Notes under the pieces: generated by a model
The model's input: the letters and a program-made list of their open reading frames with translations, nothing else
The model's database searches: none
What the model was told of the DNA's origin: nothing
In this document: piece after piece, positions 24,008 to 34,859 of the stretch
Layout of the letters: the number at the start of each line of letters is the position of its first letter
Position numbering within the stretch: position 1 is the stretch's first letter
Position numbers and translations under genes: made by a program
From: Schizochytrium sp. TIO01
Taxonomy: Eukaryota; Protista; Bigyra: Labyrinthulomycetes
Assembly: GCA_004764695.1 (NCBI GenBank)
Contig: SMSO01000032.1
Coordinates: 7,348,483 to 7,412,482 of the forward strand
Length of the DNA stretch: 64,000 nt
Reading direction: 5' to 3'

Positions 24008-24200
24008 TATAGCTCTCCTCCACTATGGACTATCCCTATACCCCACTTTCCTCTCACTGTAGCCTATTTCTATACTCCACTTTCCCGCACTCCCAATACT
24101 CTACTGTACCGCTCCAGAATGACCTATCTCTATTCCCCCCTCCTCTCTACTATAGGCTATTCCAATACTCTACTGTATGCCTCCCTATACTCCACTGTAT
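24008..24200. repeat. Degenerate CTATACTCCAC / ATACTCTACTGTA-type low-complexity repeat in a divergent promoter
   Basis: Repeated ctatactccac(t) and caatactctactgta variants visible between the two head-to-head genes. Confidence 0.6.
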
Positions 24201-24425
24201 CAATGTCCATACAGAGCGGAACCGCGGCAAACCAGACAAAAGGCACGCGACCCGCGCGAGGCGTCTCCCTGAGTTGCGCCCTCCACTGCGCGCTTACTGC
24301 TCGCTCGAGTTCCGGGTGCGCCATCGAGAGAACCTTGAAAGCTCACTAACGCGCCACCGAGCCCTCAGCGCTCGCTCGATGGCGCCGCGCAAAGAGCATA
24401 GAACGAATGAAGAGTAAAGAAAATA

Positions 24426-27400
24426 GTGAAGAGCGTTCTCACTCAGCCGCTGGCAGAGCCCATCACCTGCGCCGGGCGGCTTGGTCCTGGCGCCTGCCTT
24501 TCGCGAGCTACCATCATCGGTGGCCGCAGTCCGGGCGCGGCCGCCGTGGCCGTCGCGACGGCCTTCAGCCGGCCCGCGGGCCTGGCCTCCGTCGGAGTTG
24601 GCGGCCTCGCTTCGTGGCGGAGCCCTGCGTCTCCTGCTTCTTGGCTTCCTCGTCTCGGACTGAGGCGAAAGGATCTGGGAACGAGACGCGAACTTGAGCG
24701 AGGAGATCTGGGCGGAGGAGGAACACGAAGAGTGGTAGAATTCACGAAAGAACTCGAATTCTGTGCTGGGTCTTTGTGCAATTACTTGACGAAAGGTACT
24801 TTTTGTAGAGGTTACCATCAAAGTTTGAGTGGGCTAGAACATTGCCGAGGCCCGCAAAAACAGGTTTCAGGATCAAGTGTTGTGTGCTCAAGAATTCGCA
24901 AACTACCTAGTATAAGGGACAGTAAAAGAGACTGTTTGGATTACAGACATTGGACATATCAAAACCTGCAAAAGCAACAGGTAAGGGGTTTCCATTGGAA
25001 GCGACACTTGGGCTTTTTTGTGGAGCAAAAGCAAAGGCAGTTAGTCATTGTTAGAGCTGCACAAGGATACCAGGGCGCGCTCTACAAAGACCTTGGACGC
25101 TCAGGACCTGCTGCTGTAGCAAACTCACTTGGGGAGTACGCTAGTGCATCACATTTTTCTACTTCAATCCCAGCGTCGTCCTCAGCAGGTTCCGAAGCTG
25201 ATCTGGAATCAGAGGCTCATCAACGAACTGTGGCTGCAGGAAGCAACAGTAACGGTGACAACAGAAAAGGGAGTGATACTGAGGAAGGCCCCGACCCGAT
25301 CCGTAGGCTTTGGTATAAACTTCATCCAGTAGTCATGCATGGAATTCACGGACTCGACTCGGTGCGTCGCGGTGACTTCGACCATGTCGTAGACCGTTCT
25401 GTCAAGGGGCCAGCTGCTCGCCAGCTGCCGATGCCAGCAAGACAAGCCCAGGACCTTGCCTTTGCGGTTAGCAGCACCCCATACTCTCTCTGGATTCAAG
25501 GCGAAGGCGAAAACATTCGTGTAAGTCACAGCTCAAGCCAGACGAACAAGGAAACAGCTCTCGCTCCTCAGCTAGGTAACGAGGGTAGTGAGCCAGATAG
25601 CACGTCATCTGTTCTTATCGAAAGATGGATCCAGCATGCACGAGAAAAGTCAGGCCCTTGGATTGCACAAGTCCTACAAAGTCCGGAGGAACAAGCAAAG
25701 CTAGATAACTTTTTGCACGACCGAAAAGGTAGCAAAGGCCGGCTTGTTTTAGGAACATATTTTGGTCTTCTCATTGAATATTGGCTTCTGAATTGCAAAG
25801 AACTTGGCATTGACAGATTAGAATCTTCCATTGTTGTTCACGGTCGCACAGCAGTCCTTGGATCACTGAAGTTCGTGTGGCTTTTCCAAGAGCACATTAT
25901 GCACATGGAATGTTCAATCAAATTTTTCTGCTGGACGGGTCATCATTTAGTTGGACCACATCTCTCAGAAACCCTCTTGACACGCTTTCGATTTGCTGAG
26001 CGTAAAATTGCTGTCGCTCATGCAGCAAGCAAAACACTCCGGAAGGAATTCAATTCGGAATCGAAGGTTCTCTCGCTGGCTACAATTCAGGGGTATGTTT
26101 TTTATGATATTGATGAGTTTGTTGCTGCGAAAGGGCATCCTCGTCTCCCCCCAAGTGAAAACGAGACGCCACATACCAATGCATCGATTTGCGAGCGTCA
26201 TATTGACCACCTTCTCCCCAACCACCTCAAACGATGGTACTCGAGAGATTTTGCTTCTGCTTCGCTAAAGCTTTCCAAAGCTGACCGCGAGGAGCGCTGG
26301 ACAATCTTACCCAAGTTGTACTGGCTCGCTCCGCTTAGAATTCCTTCATCTGAGACAGAGAAGTATGGTCTCCCTCTTTTGAAAAGAGAAGACATGGCAA
26401 ACATCGTTCAAACCCACCACGATGAGCGCGGGGTGGACGACTTATCCCAGGTTGTGGATGATCCAGGTAATATGAGTCGACGCCAGATGCGCAGGGCAGA
26501 ACAATGCGGTCACCTTAACGGTCCTTCTCCTCTCATGATGGCCCAACTCTCTTATTCTGATGCGACAAACACATGGGAGGAGGTTAGCCGAGGCTTTTTG
26601 TTGGGTCACAATTGGAGCCCTGCTAGTCTGTTAGCATCCGAATCGACTGGCGATGGGGTCCCTAACGAACCTAGTACATTTCTTGTGGAGGAAGATGAAC
26701 CAGTCTCCTGCAGATTTCAAGGTTCAGAAAACTCCGCAGAACTAGACTTTGAGAAACAGAAGACCACAAAAAAAATCGTGAAACCCAACAAAAGGTCCGT
26801 ATGTGCATTTTGCAAGAACCTGGATGTTGCTCCAGCTATCGAAGCAATTTTGGATCGTGGCGATGCGAGTCAGCTAATCAAAGAGCTTTTCAAAGTTGAT
26901 GATGGCGGCCATGTCGTTCAGTTGAAAACGAATGACCACGCCAGACATGTGGTGCAAGAAGTATGTAATTCTCTTTTGTCTCTCGATGCTGAACCATGTG
27001 TAAATGCAGATTTCGCTTTGTACGCAGCGATTGCAGTTTCGCAGCTCGCTGATCATAACATGGATATCCAAGCTCGGGAGCATAAAACGTTTTGCCGCCT
27101 TGCGTTGCGCGCCAGTACTCTGGCTGTTGATTCACTCCATGACGAAGATGAAGAATCCAAACAGCCTTCGCATAGAGCGGTGACTGATTTCTTCAAGTTC
27201 TGTGTTGCTAGACGGGATATGGAGTTGTTGCACTTGATGCTCTTTAGTGGGCGTAGCCTTGACAAGCGCACAAATTATGTCATCGATGAAGAAGCTACTG
27301 ATCTCGTAGAGGCGTATATCCGTGACCGTCTTTTAGGTGATGAATTTGGCGAAGACCTGACTAATGTCGAAGCTGCAGCAGCAGTCGGTTTGATGCGTGT

Positions 27401-28472
27401 TGTATACTCTCGTTTCACAGATTCGGATCTAGGTCGCATGCTGGCTCAGCTTGTTCGCATGAGACATTACGAAGCTGCTGAAACCCTCATCGACATTGTA
27501 GATGCTCCAGCGGAAATCATGAACGCCTTTTACCGAGGTCTTTTAACAGAAGGCCGCAACTACAAGCGTGCGATGGCCTTTCGTCGTGCTCATCCAAATG
27601 TTAAAGAGACCTACCCTGCATTTGATCATCACGAACTTCGCAACAAGTATCGCGAAAGTGACACTTACCCACTCCTTGCTTCAAATGTAAAATGGGTTTC
27701 AGAGCCCTCTGAGGCGAAAGCACCTTATAATATGTCATTAGTGTTTGTGGATGATACATCCACCTTGACTTTGGCAAATAAGCTTTTGGACGATGCTTTG
27801 GCAGAATCCCCGTACGACAAGATTGTTGTCGGTGTGGATGCAGAATGGGGTGAGCAACAACTCAAGAAGCATGAGCGAGAAGCTCTTGATGGAGGGTTGA
27901 ACACCGAGGAAGACAATATTGTGGCCGCAAGTACCCCTCCATACTTGGCACTCTGGCAAGTATCTATAGACGACAAACATATCCTCTTAATTGACCTAGA
28001 GACATTGCTATCTGATCCCCTCTCAGATGTAGGTCAGCAGGCTTTGGCATTTCTGCTAAAAATAATTGACTCCAACAAAGTCATCATGACTGGATTTAGC
28101 TTGCACGAGGATTTTTGGCGTTTACGAGCAATGCTCCAGCCTGTCCTGTCAAAACAAGAAACCTCGCACCTTACAATGAACATCGTTGATAGCTTGAGCG
28201 TGATTGCAGCGTTCTTTCCTGAGAAGTCTCGTGATCTCTTAGGTGATCCCCTTTGCATCAGTTTAGATATGTGGAGTCGTTTATTACTTAACGCTCGCCT
28301 TGACAAAGTCTATCAATGTAGCGAGTGGTCTGCTAGGCCTCTTCAGCCAGAACAGCTGCAGTATGCCGCTTTGGATGCGCTTACTCCTGTTCGTCTTGTT
28401 CGTGCCGTTCTGGGCGGTAAAGCCGATAGTCCTGAATTTCAAAAATGGGCACAACATATTCGTCTTTGGTAA
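24426..28472 (+). CDS. Large protein: DUF1853-like PD-(D/E)XK-fold domain + helical region + C-terminal DEDDy 3'-5' exonuclease (EXD3/mut-7-like); true start uncertain
   Basis: Exonuclease: VGVDAEW (ExoI), GFSLHEDF (ExoII), QCSEWSARPLQPEQLQYAALDA (ExoIII). DUF1853-like motifs in order: QDLAFAVSS, LGTYFGLLIEYWL, LGSLKFV, HMECSIKFF, VGPHLSETL, QGYVFY, LPKLYWLAP, RGFLLGHNW. The ORF opens on GTG; first in-frame ATG is ~25335. Confidence 0.8.
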   Translation: MKSVLTQPLAEPITCAGRLGPGACLSRATIIGGRSPGAAAVAVATAFSRPAGLASVGVGGLASWRSPASPASWLPRLGLRRKDLGTRRELERGDLGGGGTRRVVEFTKELEFCAGSLCNYLTKGTFCRGYHQSLSGLEHCRGPQKQVSGSSVVCSRIRKLPSIRDSKRDCLDYRHWTYQNLQKQQVRGFHWKRHLGFFVEQKQRQLVIVRAAQGYQGALYKDLGRSGPAAVANSLGEYASASHFSTSIPASSSAGSEADLESEAHQRTVAAGSNSNGDNRKGSDTEEGPDPIRRLWYKLHPVVMHGIHGLDSVRRGDFDHVVDRSVKGPAARQLPMPARQAQDLAFAVSSTPYSLWIQGEGENIRVSHSSSQTNKETALAPQLGNEGSEPDSTSSVLIERWIQHAREKSGPWIAQVLQSPEEQAKLDNFLHDRKGSKGRLVLGTYFGLLIEYWLLNCKELGIDRLESSIVVHGRTAVLGSLKFVWLFQEHIMHMECSIKFFCWTGHHLVGPHLSETLLTRFRFAERKIAVAHAASKTLRKEFNSESKVLSLATIQGYVFYDIDEFVAAKGHPRLPPSENETPHTNASICERHIDHLLPNHLKRWYSRDFASASLKLSKADREERWTILPKLYWLAPLRIPSSETEKYGLPLLKREDMANIVQTHHDERGVDDLSQVVDDPGNMSRRQMRRAEQCGHLNGPSPLMMAQLSYSDATNTWEEVSRGFLLGHNWSPASLLASESTGDGVPNEPSTFLVEEDEPVSCRFQGSENSAELDFEKQKTTKKIVKPNKRSVCAFCKNLDVAPAIEAILDRGDASQLIKELFKVDDGGHVVQLKTNDHARHVVQEVCNSLLSLDAEPCVNADFALYAAIAVSQLADHNMDIQAREHKTFCRLALRASTLAVDSLHDEDEESKQPSHRAVTDFFKFCVARRDMELLHLMLFSGRSLDKRTNYVIDEEATDLVEAYIRDRLLGDEFGEDLTNVEAAAAVGLMRVVYSRFTDSDLGRMLAQLVRMRHYEAAETLIDIVDAPAEIMNAFYRGLLTEGRNYKRAMAFRRAHPNVKETYPAFDHHELRNKYRESDTYPLLASNVKWVSEPSEAKAPYNMSLVFVDDTSTLTLANKLLDDALAESPYDKIVVGVDAEWGEQQLKKHEREALDGGLNTEEDNIVAASTPPYLALWQVSIDDKHILLIDLETLLSDPLSDVGQQALAFLLKIIDSNKVIMTGFSLHEDFWRLRAMLQPVLSKQETSHLTMNIVDSLSVIAAFFPEKSRDLLGDPLCISLDMWSRLLLNARLDKVYQCSEWSARPLQPEQLQYAALDALTPVRLVRAVLGGKADSPEFQKWAQHIRLW

Positions 28473-29923
28473 GAGAAGAAAACTAGTTTCTCTCTTTACC
28501 TGCCCCCTCTAATCTCAACGGGTATCCTTTTACTGTGAAACTAAATTTCATTTAATATTTTACTTTGTCTAAACAACCATTTGCATATAATACACAAAGT
28601 ATTTCTTTTCATCCCTGAGGGGTTCGCATGAATTGAAGAAATATAGCTTTGAAGAGGTATGCATGATCCCAGACTCGCTTCTGACAAAGCTTGTAGAAAA
28701 AACAGCATCTTCATGGGGATACAACAAAGTCTTCATGCAATATCTTTGCTTGTAAAATGTGATTCATTCTTTGACTGAGTTTTTTTAAGGGGAGGAAAAC
28801 AACAGTAATCTATTGAAAAGAGACGAAAGAGTGCGCAAGTGACCGACGATCATGCTTGGATAGCATGTTTTGCTTTCTATCATCAAATGAACAAGTTTGG
28901 CTTATCAAGGGATTATGCTTTTTTTTAAAGAGGATGCTTTGGGTGTGATTGTACGTATTTCATCTACTCTCGCCAACAAAACTGTTAAAGAATCGCTCGA
29001 TATTCAACAAAAAGAATTATACTTTCTTAGCGTATAATTAATTACTCCAACCTCGTTGCAAAGTCGTATGTAGAGTGAGTTATTGCCGAGTGCCAGATTG
29101 TTGCAGTTCATTTTACTGTTATCTCTAAAATTGATCTTGAATTGAACAAAGGAGTTGGTTGTCCTGTGTCTGGAGGACTTAGCAAACGTTTAACAATCCG
29201 ACGTCAAGATCATACAACTACCATTTATGAGGTGGGTCATTCATTTTTATTTTATTTTAAATTTTATTGGAAAATGTTTATTCTATACATCTGTTGATGC
29301 ATTTAAGTACAATATCATCCATAGTAAGGATGCACTCGGCATACTTCTTGTCTAAGCCTTTCTGGCCAAAACGCCAAATCAGCAGGCGAGCGAACTTCTC
29401 GGTCAGCATCGGAAACTTGGTCACATTGCCGGCCGGGGAAAATGTCACAGTTTCTTCGGTGGTTGAGCCAGGCACGGGTCAAACTATGGCATATTCAATT
29501 GTGCCTGCGTCACAATTGGAATTTTCACAAGAGAGGTCCGGGAAAACCTTTCACTTCTTGATGAAATCCCAGCCCGCCCCTCCTCGCCAGGGATATCCAA
29601 GTAACGACTGCAAAAGTACCTTTTTGACTTTGTAGAATCACAGGCTAGTCCACACATGCGTGCTACTTAGGCTGCGTGGCAGACGAAACCTTTCGCTCCG
29701 CAGAAGCGGCGCATATAGTGTCAGACCCCTAACACGCAGGTAGATGTGTTCTTGGTGTTGGCTTCATTGACTATAGCATTGGGGATGGCCTGGACAAGGC
29801 CTTGCTACGAGGTGCATTTAACTACAATGTCGTTGTAAAAAGCACGGCGTATATTCTCTGCACACACTCTACATATGCAGGCAAGAGGCGTATTTCTTTT
29901 GGTAAGAAGTGAACTCGATCTGA

Positions 29924-30751
29924 TCAGTCGAAGGACTCGTCCGGTCGCAATGTGCGCCAGCCCCCCTTTGGAAGATCAAGCCTGATGTTGCCAACGCGGG
30001 TGCGTGCGAGGCCTGTGACTTGCAGACCAACATGATCACACATCCGACGAATTTGACGTTTTTTGCCTTGCTGAAGCGTAAATTGGAGTACGCTGGGTGC
30101 CTCAGTTCGGTTCACAGTGATTGGCCACAGGGTCTGTCCATCGAGACTCATACTACCTGACTGAAGGAAATCCAGGATATCATCAGTGATAGGCTTGTCT
30201 GATTTGACACGAACTAGATACTCCTTCTTAAGCTGACGAGACAGAAGCTTGGATGCCACACGACCATCTTGAGTGAAAACCAATAGACCAGTAGAGTCCT
30301 TATCAAGGCGACCACATGGAGCGACGCCTTTCAAGTATCGGGCCGACGTGAGGGACTCTAATTTGCGAATTACTTCAGGAGGGTCCATGCAACGAGAAAG
30401 GTCCTCAAGAAGACGTACTGCAGGGACCTCTTCCTGCGATGGTAGTCCTGACACATACCCGCGAGGTTTGTTGAGGAGGAACGTCATCTTAGCCTCCTGC
30501 GCGGAAAGTCCTTCAGGGTCCACTTTGATGTCGAGATTTGCATCATCTGGAACACACATGCCAACTGGCACTACCTCCCCATCAAGCTTGACAAACCCCT
30601 TGCGGAGAAGGCTGTCTGCTTCCCGGCGCGAGCAGACTCCGTTGCGGGACAGCCAAGCATTAATTCGAATGGTGCCATCTTTCTTGCCATTTCCAGCTGC
30701 AGTGCTGAGTCGAGCGCATCGGACCGCCGATGCAAGTGCTACACGACGCAT
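29924..30751 (-). CDS. RsuA/RluB/RluF-family pseudouridine synthase with S4 domain, probably mitochondrion-targeted
   Basis: RINAWLSRNGVCSRREAD (S4), LNKPRGYVS, GRLDKDSTGLL (catalytic Asp), GKKRQIRRMC. MRRVALASAVRCARLST looks like a presequence. Confidence 0.92.
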   Translation of the reverse strand: MRRVALASAVRCARLSTAAGNGKKDGTIRINAWLSRNGVCSRREADSLLRKGFVKLDGEVVPVGMCVPDDANLDIKVDPEGLSAQEAKMTFLLNKPRGYVSGLPSQEEVPAVRLLEDLSRCMDPPEVIRKLESLTSARYLKGVAPCGRLDKDSTGLLVFTQDGRVASKLLSRQLKKEYLVRVKSDKPITDDILDFLQSGSMSLDGQTLWPITVNRTEAPSVLQFTLQQGKKRQIRRMCDHVGLQVTGLARTRVGNIRLDLPKGGWRTLRPDESFD

Positions 30752-32470
30752 TGTTTTCTTGGTAACTAGATGCCCAGCCCAAGACAGAAAGACAGATTGC
30801 AATGCAGCGAGGTATCACAATGCCTTCAACTTTTGGTGTAGCTGCTTCATTTCTCCAAGAAACTCATTTATTGATATAGAATTATAAGGTTTTTAATTGT
30901 GCTTTCTTTCTCTGCCTACTAGCGCTATTTATTTTATTATTTTTTATTTTAATTTAAAACGAAAAAAATAAGAACTATTGTCAAGAGCACCTAGAGCTAG
31001 GCAGGAAGAATACCTATAATCATAATAATCATAATGATTATTATTATAAATCTTATAAGAAATATTTAGGGTAAGTCGGATTCGTATAGAGTTTTGATAA
31101 AAATTGCTGGAGGGCGCTACAGGACTTGACTCGGGATTGTTTTGGTGAGTGGGGAGTGAGGGCCATTCGTCCACATCGAAAAGTTTGGCACGATTGAATG
31201 ATTGTTGGCGAGGAAAATTATGATAATAGTTTGGGCTAAAATTGCCTCCACCAAAAATCATTTTTGTTATAATTGTCCAAGACATTATGTTCCAAATATT
31301 CTCTCTCTTTTTTTAAATAAAATATAATGTATTGTCTACATCATTGTTAACTTTGGATGCTACTATAGAGATGAATATTGCAGCACTGATCTTATGATTT
31401 ACGAAAACTAGACGACCTCGCTCAAGAACACGAATGGCACCATGAGAATTCAGAGAAATTTTAGTAGCCTATCGTTCAAACTTTCAAATAGTTTTGATGG
31501 ATATGAGGTCTCTGTTGCGATTTTAGGGAAGATGCATTTAAGGTTCTCGCGAAATTTAGCATTGCAAATGCTTGGAAAGACTCAGAAAATGCTTTATTTC
31601 TATAATTTCTCCAATATTGGGCAGCCTTCTGTCAGTATCCTGCTGAATTTTTTATTTTTTTAACTTTATCAGTGTTTTCTAGCTGTTTTAACTCCTTTCT
31701 ATACTCCATGCAACTTTCGTTCTTGTCTCGAACGAGTGATTCCAGCTTATTGAGCTTTACAATGAACGAAATCATTTAGAGAATTTTTGAAAGTGCCGCG
31801 CCTATATCGTTGATGTATGTTATCCTGCTCTATCTATTAGATTGAGATTCCCCTGGGATTGAATAAGGTGATCTACCCCTGTGAAGTTAGAAAAACATAG
31901 CTTTTTAAGAGCAGTGCTAACTCAAACATGAAGATTTAATAAATCATAGGCATACTACATTATTTTAAATGCATTTAACATACTAACTTGGTGAAAATTG
32001 ATCATGGAGCCCGAATACAAAGTTAGGGACCTTGCTTTAACTTTTAATAATTTAATAATATAATTCTGCATCCATCGTATTACCTGGGGAAAAGGATGTA
32101 CCTAAGATAGACTTTGTGAAGTTATTGCGTGACTCTATGCAGATTACCGCATATCTGCTCAACTAGCTATGTTCATCACCTCTTCTTTTCTTTTCTCTTT
32201 AACCAACAAATATCCAAGGCTACATTCTAATTTGGTGGTACGATGCTCTTCCTTGAGGACATCTATGAGACGACCTCGGAGGATAGATTGACAGGGACAA
32301 TGAATTGCAGGGCTTATCTCCGTGTGCATGGGCTTTGTACGTGTACGCTAAATGCGTCCTGTCAAAACTGCTACATATCGAGTAATATCTTTTAAAAGAA
32401 TTTATGCTTGCTAGGAAGTACATTGTAGAGAAAAAAGTGGTTAGCATTCGCTAAGAAACTATGATACGGA

Positions 32471-34474
32471 CTAGTCGCAGGATTCGCAAGTGCTTTCGTA
32501 ACACATGGTTGTATTTAACGTGTCAATGAGCACATCAGAAAGCCATGTCTCCAGGTTTTCCCTAAAACTGGAGTTTGAAGGCTGCTGGAAAGCTGTAGTT
32601 GCGCTTTGCTGTATATTCATGAAAATACCGATTGTCACTGTACTGCCATGTTCAATAGTTGGAAAATCGTTGCTTAAGTCTGAGACCGAACCTTTCATGT
32701 TATAAACAAAGGTTGTTGTATTTGCTTCGTCAGTTGAAAGCGCATCCAAGAGAAGCAGCCGAACTTCATTTGTTCTATTTTCTGTGCTAAGGTTTTCGTT
32801 GCACAAAGCGTCTTCTGTAGATGGCGAACTTGTTGTTGGTCGGCTAGTAGGCTGCGCAGTAGGCCAAGTTGCACCGCAGTCACAAAATCCCCAAAGTTCT
32901 CGCGTACTAGTATTGTCTTTATTGTATGCTTCAGTTGTGGCACACCAGTAAACCTCATACAGAGAGCCGGGTATACCAGGTACACTCCCAGAAGGATTTC
33001 CCCAATACGGTTTGACGTCATTAACGTTGACACATTGATCATATGTCCTTCCATTGTAAGTAAATGGAAACGCACATGCAGAACCCGAATCTACAAAGCC
33101 ACCATCTGTTGTACAAGTTGGGATAGTTTCGTTATAGATAGCCTCTATTACAACTCTGGATATCCCTAAGGTTTCATTAGTGGAAGTCTGTAAGCGCTCA
33201 TTTGCTCTGTTTTTTAATAAGCCTCGGCTTTTACTTGAAGTTTGAGAAAAATTCTTGGTACTATAAGCGTAGGCCACCAAAGTTATATTCGTCAATGTCT
33301 CACAGGTACCTGATTGCACGCACAGTAGGCCATCTGAGCATTCAGAATCTTTCTTACAAGTCTGTATTGTCGGTGCGGCAGACGGTGCTAACGTAGGAGA
33401 ATTCGAAGGACTTGAAGTAGTAGGACTTGAAGACGATGCTTGAGAAGGATTGATAGAGGGGCTCGAAGTTGGCACATTCGTCGGAATTTTAGACGGAGAT
33501 TCTGTTGGAGTTAACGTTGCAACTTCTGTTGGTATTGTAGTTGGGATTATAGTTGGGTTTGTAGTAGGGTTTGTAGTTGGGTTTGTAGTTGGGTTTGTAG
33601 TTGGGTTTGTAGTTGGGGTTGCAGTTGGCTCTGCAGTTGGATCTGTAGTTGAGTCTGTGGCTGGATTTGTAGTTGGCTCTGCAGTTGGATCTGCAGTTGG
33701 ATCTGAAGTTGAGTCTGTGGCTGGATTTGTAGTTGGCTCTGCAGTTGGATCTGAAGTTGAGTCTGTGGCTGGATTTGTAGTTGGGATCGCAGTTGGGATT
33801 GCAGTTGGATCTGTAGTTGGATTTGAAGTTGAGTCTGTGGCTGGATTTGTAGTTGGGATTGCAGTTGGATCTGTAGTTGGATCTGTAGTTGGATCTGTAG
33901 TGGGATTTGTAGTTGGATCTGTAGTGGGATTAGTGGTTGGATTTGTGGTTGGCCTTGCGGTACCTTCTGAAGGAGCTAAGGTCGGGTCCAATGTTGGGTT
34001 TACTGTTGGTGCGGCTGTTGGCTCCAATGTAGGTTTCAGACTTGGACTCTGCGTTGGGGAATTTGTTGGCCACTGAAATCCATCGCCTTCGCATACACAG
34101 AAACCCCACGTTGGTCGTGAATTAGAGTCTATGTTTGAGTAATATGGTGATGTAGGGCACCAATAGTTGAGGTTTGCATCTTCATGCAATGATAGACTGG
34201 TGCCAGAATAATCAATACTGCCATTAGCATAGAATTCTATTTCAAATGGTTTAAACGGAGCCTCAATTGGAGCGCAGGCGCTGAATATCTCACTTCGTAG
34301 GACTGCTGTATTAGACACATATATCATGCTTTCAACATAGAAGTCGAAGTAGCATGCTGTGTCTTCTGTTGTAGTCCCTCCTGATGCATTACATGCCACG
34401 CCCTTGGATGCCGCTATTCCCAACGCGACAACAACATTGAAGAAATAAAACTTATGCAGACGTAGTGTAGCCAT
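32471..34474 (-). CDS. Secreted mucin-like protein with two fibronectin type II-like domains flanking a Pro/Thr repeat stalk
   Basis: Signal-like FFNVVVALGIAA. FN2: CAFPFTYNGRTYDQC...YWCATT..Y...WGFC. A divergent N-terminal copy: CYFDFY...YWCPTSPYY...WGFC. Long PTT(N/D) repeats. Confidence 0.85.
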   Translation of the reverse strand: MATLRLHKFYFFNVVVALGIAASKGVACNASGGTTTEDTACYFDFYVESMIYVSNTAVLRSEIFSACAPIEAPFKPFEIEFYANGSIDYSGTSLSLHEDANLNYWCPTSPYYSNIDSNSRPTWGFCVCEGDGFQWPTNSPTQSPSLKPTLEPTAAPTVNPTLDPTLAPSEGTARPTTNPTTNPTTDPTTNPTTDPTTDPTTDPTAIPTTNPATDSTSNPTTDPTAIPTAIPTTNPATDSTSDPTAEPTTNPATDSTSDPTADPTAEPTTNPATDSTTDPTAEPTATPTTNPTTNPTTNPTTNPTTNPTIIPTTIPTEVATLTPTESPSKIPTNVPTSSPSINPSQASSSSPTTSSPSNSPTLAPSAAPTIQTCKKDSECSDGLLCVQSGTCETLTNITLVAYAYSTKNFSQTSSKSRGLLKNRANERLQTSTNETLGISRVVIEAIYNETIPTCTTDGGFVDSGSACAFPFTYNGRTYDQCVNVNDVKPYWGNPSGSVPGIPGSLYEVYWCATTEAYNKDNTSTRELWGFCDCGATWPTAQPTSRPTTSSPSTEDALCNENLSTENRTNEVRLLLLDALSTDEANTTTFVYNMKGSVSDLSNDFPTIEHGSTVTIGIFMNIQQSATTAFQQPSNSSFRENLETWLSDVLIDTLNTTMCYESTCESCD
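33520..33950 (-). repeat. Coding 12-bp-unit minisatellite (PTTN/PTTD/PTAE) with higher-order blocks
   Basis: Repeated gtagttggg/gtagttgga units; the block gagtctgtggctggatttgtagttgg occurs four times. Confidence 0.9.
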
Positions 34475-34859
34475 AGATTTACGCTCTGTCCATGAAGGAG
34501 CTCGCAGCGCTACTTCGTTGGCATGCGATCCCACGCTCGCACGAGCTCTGGCAGGGGCTTTGCGCCGACCTCTTCGTTTCTGCCTGCCTTGCCCAAACTA
34601 GCGACCCGTTGAAACTTTGCGCAACGCAAAATACTGTTCTTCTTTTTCCTTCTTCTTTTCCTTTCTCTTTCTCTCTCTCTCTCTCCCACAGCTTCGATTT
34701 TCTCCTCTCATTGAAAACGTTTAAACTCCCATAACCTCCAAATGGTGAAAACTCCTCATAAACAATATACTACTATAAATAATTAATTACTTAGGCCCTC
34801 TAACTCTGAGAGAATTGGAGGTTCACCAAGTAAGAAAAAGGAGCAAATCTTCAATTCAA

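Noticed and set aside
29267-29900. Coding-like tract downstream of the pseudouridine synthase
   Set aside because: Short interrupted ORFs on both strands with no motif.
33450-34076. 208-aa Val/Gly-rich plus-strand ORF
   Set aside because: Antisense shadow of the Pro/Thr repeat gene.
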